Source: PVC group bacterium
Lineage (GTDB): Bacteria > GCA-001730085 > JADFSZ01
Assembly: GCA_022560555.1 (NCBI GenBank)
Contig: JADFSZ010000111.1
Coordinates: forward strand, 1-5,947
Length of the DNA stretch: 5,947 bases
Direction of reading: 5' to 3'
A program made the translations under genes and the position numbers. Under the pieces are notes generated by a model, which worked only from the letters and a program-made list of their open reading frames with translations, was not told the DNA's origin and did no database searches. Shown one piece after another: positions 5,779-5,947 of the stretch (positions within the stretch are counted from its first letter, which is position 1; every line of letters starts with the position of its first letter).

Positions 5779-5947
5779 AGCGAAAATACAGGATATGACA
5801 GAATTTGCCTGTTCTTATGAAGGGATGAGGGGCGCATCGCTTACGATTCTGCTGGTTGATGATAGGGGCATGCGGGCCTATAATAAAACGTATTTTGGAA
5901 AGAGCTGTTCAACGGATGTGATTTCATTCCCATTTCTGGAAAAGGTA
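5672..5947 (+). CDS. ybeY: Endoribonuclease YbeY (rRNA maturation factor), 5' part only, continuing past the window end. The start is uncertain: GTG 5672 is preferred and ATG 5795 is the alternative.
   Basis: The frame-2 translation ...SLTILLVDDRGMRAYNKTYFGKSCSTDVISFPF matches the conserved YbeY block (hydrophobic strand, VDD, LN..YRG...PTDVLSFP). The frame is open from 5636 (after TAG at 5633-5635). The segment KIQVINKQNKIRIPKAKIQDMTEFA upstream of ATG 5795 resembles the YbeY beta1-loop-alpha1 N-terminus. It also places TDVISF about 61 residues from position 5729, compared with about 65 in E. coli YbeY. The catalytic H..H.....H motif lies beyond the window. Confidence 0.8.
   Translation, partial: MKKTKKKIKRKIRNRSRAYISKIQVINKQNKIRIPKAKIQDMTEFACSYEGMRGASLTILLVDDRGMRAYNKTYFGKSCSTDVISFPFLEKV

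Noticed and set aside
1-5947. I searched for a novel defence, mobile or accessory system: nucleases, ATPases, toxin-antitoxin pairs, repeats, integrases and strand switches.
   Set aside because: Four of the five ORFs match well-known housekeeping families over their full lengths. All genes are co-directional with almost no intergenic space, and I saw no obvious compositional break or repeat boundary by eye. Claiming a new system here would not be supported by the sequence.

Overview
All supportable genes lie on the + strand in what looks like one tightly packed housekeeping operon. In order: the 3' end of an unknown coiled-coil, membrane-anchored protein (to 307); hisS (304-1641); aspS (1684-3447); a PgpH/YqfF-type 7TM-HD phosphohydrolase with an N-terminal anchor, extracytoplasmic domain, 7TM block and HD domain (3454-5778); and the 5' part of ybeY, which runs off the window end. 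Gene junctions are -4 nt (ATGA overlap), +42 nt, +6 nt, and either an overlap of up to 107 nt or a 16 nt gap, depending on the ybeY start. I see no tRNA or rRNA genes, CRISPR array, transposase, integrase, terminal inverted repeats, convincing terminator hairpin, or gene that looks like a defence or accessory system. Stop codons TGA, TAG and TAA are all used, consistent with the standard bacterial code. My honest reading is an ordinary core-genome region rather than a novel system. The points worth a second look are local. (1) YbeY-like sequence extends upstream of the only ATG into the 3' end of pgpH, giving a purine-rich dual-coding segment with no canonical start codon where the similarity begins. 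(2) Both class II synthetases carry His at the motif-2 position that is normally an adenine-stacking Phe. (3) AspRS has the RDHGG (His31) anticodon-domain signature associated with non-discriminating enzymes. (4) The hisS-aspS spacer consists entirely of three tandem 13-nt purine-rich repeats. Taxonomy cannot be assigned from this window alone.
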